Source: Verrucomicrobiota bacterium
Lineage (GTDB): Bacteria; Verrucomicrobiota; Verrucomicrobiia; Limisphaerales; RI-55
Reading direction: 5' to 3'
NCBI GenBank assembly: GCA_041689265.1
Contig: JBDNGP010000045.1
Location: forward strand, 1,029-65,028
DNA length: 64,000 bases
The position numbers were made by a program, and so were the translations under genes. The notes beneath the pieces were generated by a model that did not search any database, had not been told where the DNA came from, and was given only the letters and a program-made list of their open reading frames with translations. Shown here piece by piece: positions 59,962 to 64,000 of the stretch (positions are counted from its first letter, which is position 1; every line of letters begins with the position of its first letter).

Positions 59962-60081
59962 CGGATGAAACACGGATGACTGAATTACCACGGAGGCACG
60001 GAGGACACTGAGTTTTCACAATCGCTGGCTCAGTGTCCTCCGTGCCTCCGTGGTGAATGGTTCCTATTCGTGTTTCATCCG
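59962..60081. repeat. nested palindromic element (25-bp perfect inner stem inside a 13-bp outer stem)
   Basis: Inner stem: ccacggaggcacggaggacactgag (59988-60012) / ctcagtgtcctccgtgcctccgtgg (60029-60053), 16-nt loop. Outer stem: cggatgaaacacg (59962-59974) / cgtgtttcatccg (60069-60081). Confidence 0.85.
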
Positions 60082-60160
60082 CAGCGATAGATCTTCACGA
60101 ATTTGTTTCGCCCGCAATTTGTCACTTGAGTCCGGAACTGATTTGCAGTCTAAACGGCGC

Positions 60161-60952
60161 ATGCCCGACTGGCTCGCCGTCATCATTTTAGGACTCATCG
60201 AAGGGATCACCGAGTTTTTGCCTGTTTCATCCACCGGCCATCTGTTGCTCGCGCAGAACACCGGCTGGCTGCCGCACCAGTCCGACCTGTTCAACGTGGG
60301 CATCCAATCCGGTGCCGTGCTCGCCGTCGTGGTTGTCTTCGCAAAACGCGTGAAACAGTTTGCGACCGAATGGCGGAAACCGGACGTCCGCGATTACATT
60401 CTCAAACTAGGAGTCGCGTTCTTCGTCACCGCCGTGGGAGGGCTCGCCATCAAGGCGTTGAACTGGGAACTTCCGGAAACCGCACTGCCGGTTCTGATCG
60501 CCACCGTGGTCGGCGGCATCGCGATCATCGCCATTGAAAAATGGTTGAAGAACAAACCGAGTGCTGCGGAGATTACCTGGACCATTGCCATCGTCGCCGG
60601 GATGGCCCAACTGCTCGCCGGGTCGTGTCCGGGCACGTCGCGATCTGGCGCCACAATTCTTGCGGTGATGATGCTCGGTGTCGCGCGGCCGGCCGCGACG
60701 GAATTTTCGTTCCTGCTCGGAATTCCGACGTTGATCGGAGCCGGGGCCTACGAGGCGTTGAAAGTTCTCAAGAACGGCGGTCCGATGGAAACCACGTGGG
60801 GCATGATCATTCTGGGCACGATTGTCTCGGCGATCACGGCCTTCCTCGCGGTGAAATGGCTGCTGCGGTTTGTTCAATCCCACACCTTCATCGGATTCGG
60901 CTGGTATCGGATCGGGCTGGGCGTGGTGATCTTTCTGCTCCTGATGCGGTGA
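60161..60952 (+). CDS. uppP: undecaprenyl-diphosphate phosphatase
   Basis: EGITEFLPVSSTGHLLL and PGTSRSGATI motifs. The start was set at the Met at 60161, downstream of the palindromic element. Confidence 0.92.
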   Translation: MPDWLAVIILGLIEGITEFLPVSSTGHLLLAQNTGWLPHQSDLFNVGIQSGAVLAVVVVFAKRVKQFATEWRKPDVRDYILKLGVAFFVTAVGGLAIKALNWELPETALPVLIATVVGGIAIIAIEKWLKNKPSAAEITWTIAIVAGMAQLLAGSCPGTSRSGATILAVMMLGVARPAATEFSFLLGIPTLIGAGAYEALKVLKNGGPMETTWGMIILGTIVSAITAFLAVKWLLRFVQSHTFIGFGWYRIGLGVVIFLLLMR

Positions 60953-61159
60953 CCGGCAAGTCGCCTCGAACACAACCGATCACCGGCGCGGAGAACCGGA
61001 AGGAGCTTTGCCGGCGGGCGCTGGAGGCAGTCGTCAAGCTCAGCGACGGGCGCGGACGGCAGGTGGTTTGATCCGAGACATCTCCGATTTTCGTGGGGTG
61101 ATGTCAACAATCAGAACTTTTGGGAAAGGGGGAGCGCGAGGGGGGGATCTTTGAACTAC

Positions 61160-61387
61160 TTAATCCAAGGGTTCAGCTCGTTTGGCGAGTACACCCAAGA
61201 AATATGTGAACGCGCACGCCAAACCGGAGAGGCTAATCGTCCAAAAATGTGCGGCGCTGCTCCCCAACGATATAATTGAACCAAGCCAGCAGCCCAGGGA
61301 CACATAGTAAAGTTTGTCCCATACTCTGGTTTTCTCACTCTTCATGATTTCCACGCTATGGTTGGGAGCGGGCCGGAGCAATACCAA
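61160..61387 (-). CDS. possible small two-TM membrane protein
   Basis: 75-aa ORF (or 61 aa from the Met at 61345) in a locally AT-richer patch. Hydrophobic segments YYVSLGCWLGSIISLG and LSGLACAFTYFLGVL. No family. Confidence 0.3.
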   Translation of the reverse strand: MVLLRPAPNHSVEIMKSEKTRVWDKLYYVSLGCWLGSIISLGSSAAHFWTISLSGLACAFTYFLGVLAKRAEPLD

Positions 61388-61728
61388 ATTGAAGAGCGAG
61401 AGAGGGAGTAAAAGGGTTTGGATTATTGACAGCTGACAGGCGGCAAAGTGCGTCCGACTCTATGGAATCCGTGACGCGTCGCTGATCTGGATGAACACCG
61501 GGCGGCATTGGAATCTCCCGGTTTGTTGGTCGCTTGAACGTGATCTTGTTCCGGGCGTCGGGGCGCTGACGGCGGACGGGCGGAATCGTGATGTCGTGGA
61601 TCACGAAACGAAACGACCGCCGCGCAGGAGCTTGCCTCCCGCCGCTGATCGAACCGTTGCCATTCACGGTCAAAATCGGATCGGGATAACCGGTTGCGCA
61701 ATCCTCCGACTTCGGCCATTTTTCTTTC

Positions 61729-62199
61729 ATGAAAATTTTCCTGACCGCCTTGGCGCTCGTGCTTTCCACCGGACTTTGTTTCGCGCAGAAAAAGACCAAG
61801 GGTTACGTCGAATTGACCGAAGTGAAGATTGAGGGCGACGCGGCGCCCGGCGCGCGTGTTTCGGCGAAATTGCATTTCAAGATCGAGAAGGGCTACCACA
61901 CGCAATCGCACAAACCTTCCGAAGAATATTTCATTCCGACCGTGGTGAAGTTGAATCCGGCCGCCGGAATCAAGGCGGGGGAGATCGAATATCCGAAAGG
62001 TCACGATGAGAAAGTCGCCGGGCTCGACAAACCGCTTTCGGTTTACGACGAGGAATTTGAGATCACCGTCCCGCTCGCCATCAGCGCACAGGCGAAACTC
62101 CCGGCCACGCTGAAGGGCACGTTGAATTATCAGGCCTGCAAAGGCGCGGTGTGTTATCCGCCTCAAAAACTGGAGATCGAAATCAAGCTGGAGAAGTAG
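61729..62199 (+). CDS. DsbD N-terminal/DsbC-corrector-like domain protein (secreted)
   Basis: Signal peptide MKIFLTALALVLSTGLCFAQ. KGYHTQSH and C-terminal LNYQACKGAVCYPP Cys pair. Confidence 0.6.
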   Translation: MKIFLTALALVLSTGLCFAQKKTKGYVELTEVKIEGDAAPGARVSAKLHFKIEKGYHTQSHKPSEEYFIPTVVKLNPAAGIKAGEIEYPKGHDEKVAGLDKPLSVYDEEFEITVPLAISAQAKLPATLKGTLNYQACKGAVCYPPQKLEIEIKLEK

Positions 62200-62250
62200 C
62201 TGAAGCTTCCACGAACATTGAAGCCCGGATAACCGTGAATGGGCGTGGAC

Positions 62251-62424
62251 TAAGGAATGCAGGAATTTAGGAACGGAAAAAACGGGGAGTTCTTCCGGGA
62301 GAAAAACAGCGTGCAGCGAGACAGGCACTGTCACTTATCTGCGCTTCGCCGTTCGGCTGATGATGGGAAAGATCACAGTTGTGGTGAGAATTAAACCCGG
62401 TTTCATAATTTCCTGCCTTCCTTA
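62251..62424. repeat. imperfect 24-bp inverted repeat pair in the intergenic region
   Basis: taaggaatgcaggaatttaggaac (62251-62274) versus the reverse complement of tttcataatttcctgccttcctta (62401-62424): 20/24 matches. Confidence 0.55.
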
Positions 62425-62516
62425 TTCGACTCACTGCCTGCGCTTGGTAAAATCTTCCATTTGATTACGCTCAAATTCTGGCAGGTTTGAACGGTTTCGC
62501 GTAGGAATCTGTCCGT

Positions 62517-63896
62517 GTGAATGAACTGATGATGAACATTCAAAGTAAGGCATTTGCTGCAATCGTTTTTACGGGGGGCTGGCTGCTGGCGGCGCCGGGA
62601 TCTGGGTTTGCGGAGGACGTGAATCCGCGTCGTGATGCGGTGGTTTCTGCGGTGGAAACCGCGATGCCGAGCGTTGTGAATATCGCCACCGAGACCATCG
62701 TGTTCCGCAACAATTCGATGGACGATATCTTCAGCGAGTTCTTCGGCTATCGACGTGGCTACAAAAGCGGCAGCGTCGGTTCCGGAGTAATCATCGATGA
62801 GGCGGGCTACATCCTGACCAGTTTCCATGTGATCGAACGCGCAACCCGCGTGCAGGTGAAGCTGAACGACGGCCGTGAATTCGAGGCGGAGCCCGTGATG
62901 TACGCCAGCGGCCGGTCCGATATCGCGCTCCTGAAGATTGTCACCGGCAAGCCGGAGAAGTTTCCGGCGGTCAAGCTTGCCGACGACGGCGATCTGTTTC
63001 TGGGCGAAACCGTGATGGCGCTGGGCAATCCGTTCGGGCTCGGCGGTTCAGTGAGTCGTGGGATTTTGAGTTCCAAGACCCGCCGCCCGGTCAATGACGA
63101 CGAGCGTCTTGGCATCGAGGACTGGCTTCAAACCGACGCGTCGGTGAACCCCGGCAACAGCGGTGGTCCGCTGGTCAATCTCGACGGGAAACTGATCGGT
63201 ATCAACGTTGCGATCTACAGTGGCGGACAGTATCGCGTGCAGGCGCAGGGAATCAGTTTCGCCATTCCGGTGAAGCGGGTGCGGGAGGCGGTGTCGCAGA
63301 TATTCGTTCCCGAAACCATGCTGGGGATGTGGTTTGGCGCGCGGATCAATCCGGGCGTTTTTCCGCTCATCATCGGCAACGTGCAGAAGGGCAGTCCGGC
63401 GGACAAGGCGGGACTCCGGACCGGCGACGAGGTGGTCGGGGTGAACGGGAAGATTCCCGGCAGCTTCATCCAGTTCAACACGCTGATCGGTGAAAGCGAA
63501 AATCTGACGGCCGAGATCGAGATCAGACGGGACGGCAAACGGATCGGGACGAAGGTCGGAATGATCAAGAATTCCGACCTGTTGCGGACGCGGCTCGGCG
63601 GCTCGTTGCAGGAGCTGACGCCCGAACTTGCGACCGCCTTCAGCGTGAGCCAGGAAGCGGGACTGCTGGTAGCCGGCGTTGATGATGACGGTCCGTTGGG
63701 CAGGGCGGGCGTGCAGAAGGGGTTTCTGGTCGCGGGGATCAACGGCGTGAAACTACATGATCTCGCCCGGGCGACGCTCATAATTTCCGATAATGGTTCT
63801 GGAGATGACGTCGTCCTTAACATTATTGTTCCACGGCAGCGCGGAAGGTCCGCCCCGTATTTTGAGCAGGGCGACGTTCGGGTAAAGATCAGGTGA
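62517..63896 (+). CDS. htrA: HtrA/DegP-family periplasmic serine protease with two PDZ domains
   Basis: GSGVIIDEAGYILTSFHVI (His), DIALLKI (Asp), TDASVNPGNSGGPLVNLDGKLIGIN (Ser). PDZ: GSPADKAGLRTGDEVVGVNG and GPLGRAGVQKGFLVAGING. Confidence 0.92.
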   Translation: MNELMMNIQSKAFAAIVFTGGWLLAAPGSGFAEDVNPRRDAVVSAVETAMPSVVNIATETIVFRNNSMDDIFSEFFGYRRGYKSGSVGSGVIIDEAGYILTSFHVIERATRVQVKLNDGREFEAEPVMYASGRSDIALLKIVTGKPEKFPAVKLADDGDLFLGETVMALGNPFGLGGSVSRGILSSKTRRPVNDDERLGIEDWLQTDASVNPGNSGGPLVNLDGKLIGINVAIYSGGQYRVQAQGISFAIPVKRVREAVSQIFVPETMLGMWFGARINPGVFPLIIGNVQKGSPADKAGLRTGDEVVGVNGKIPGSFIQFNTLIGESENLTAEIEIRRDGKRIGTKVGMIKNSDLLRTRLGGSLQELTPELATAFSVSQEAGLLVAGVDDDGPLGRAGVQKGFLVAGINGVKLHDLARATLIISDNGSGDDVVLNIIVPRQRGRSAPYFEQGDVRVKIR

Positions 63897-64000
63897 AGCC
63901 TCCGCCTGAAAGCGTGAAAAACACGGGGTGCTGAATCCAGCGGTTTGTTGTTGGCCCCGGCTTTTCGTGTGGTTACAGATTCCCGCTCGCAGTCTCGATG

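Overview
High-GC bacterial chromosomal window with about 55 supportable protein-coding genes. I recognised no rRNA, tRNA, CRISPR array, transposase or prophage. A PEP-CTERM protein, HEAT/TPR-rich proteins and REP-like hairpin repeats suggest a PVC-group (Verrucomicrobiota-like) organism, but that is inference only. All calls rest on reading the supplied ORF translations and the DNA by eye and recalling family motifs; no search was run.

Housekeeping content: tsaC/sua5, trpD, a yqjD-yqjE-yqjK-like trio, pgk-tpiA-secG, rnd, proA, mscS, gcvT-gcvH, rpsU, queA, uppP and an HtrA protease.

Accessory or unusual content:
1. A fliW-csrA-flagellin module is followed 195 nt later, on the same strand, by one uninterrupted 11.7-kb ORF (3,913 aa). 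It fuses at least 6 glycosyltransferase modules (4 GT2-like, 2 GT-B/GT4-like) and one further GT-A-like candidate. It also carries 3 methyltransferase modules, three TPR blocks and unassigned N-terminal modules. This is the most striking candidate for an undescribed system: a soluble single-polypeptide glycan/methyl-glycan assembly line, possibly for flagellin.
2. A partial complex I cluster reads nuoI-H-J-K-[HEAT-repeat membrane protein]-L-M-M'-N. It has a duplicated NuoM and an elongated NuoL.
3. A secreted fusion joins a C-type lectin (QPD/WND) to a TraB/GumN (Tiki-like) domain. It is flanked by an XRE regulator and an AT-richer non-coding tail.
4. An arsM-arsS (arsenosugar-type) pair.
5. 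An APS kinase carries a degenerate ATP-sulfurylase-like N-domain.
6. A family-3 solute-binding lipoprotein lies next to a minimal K+ channel.
7. Several palindromic REP/MITE-like elements, and a 1.3-kb apparently decayed region.

Many long antisense shadow ORFs, typical of high-GC DNA, were rejected.
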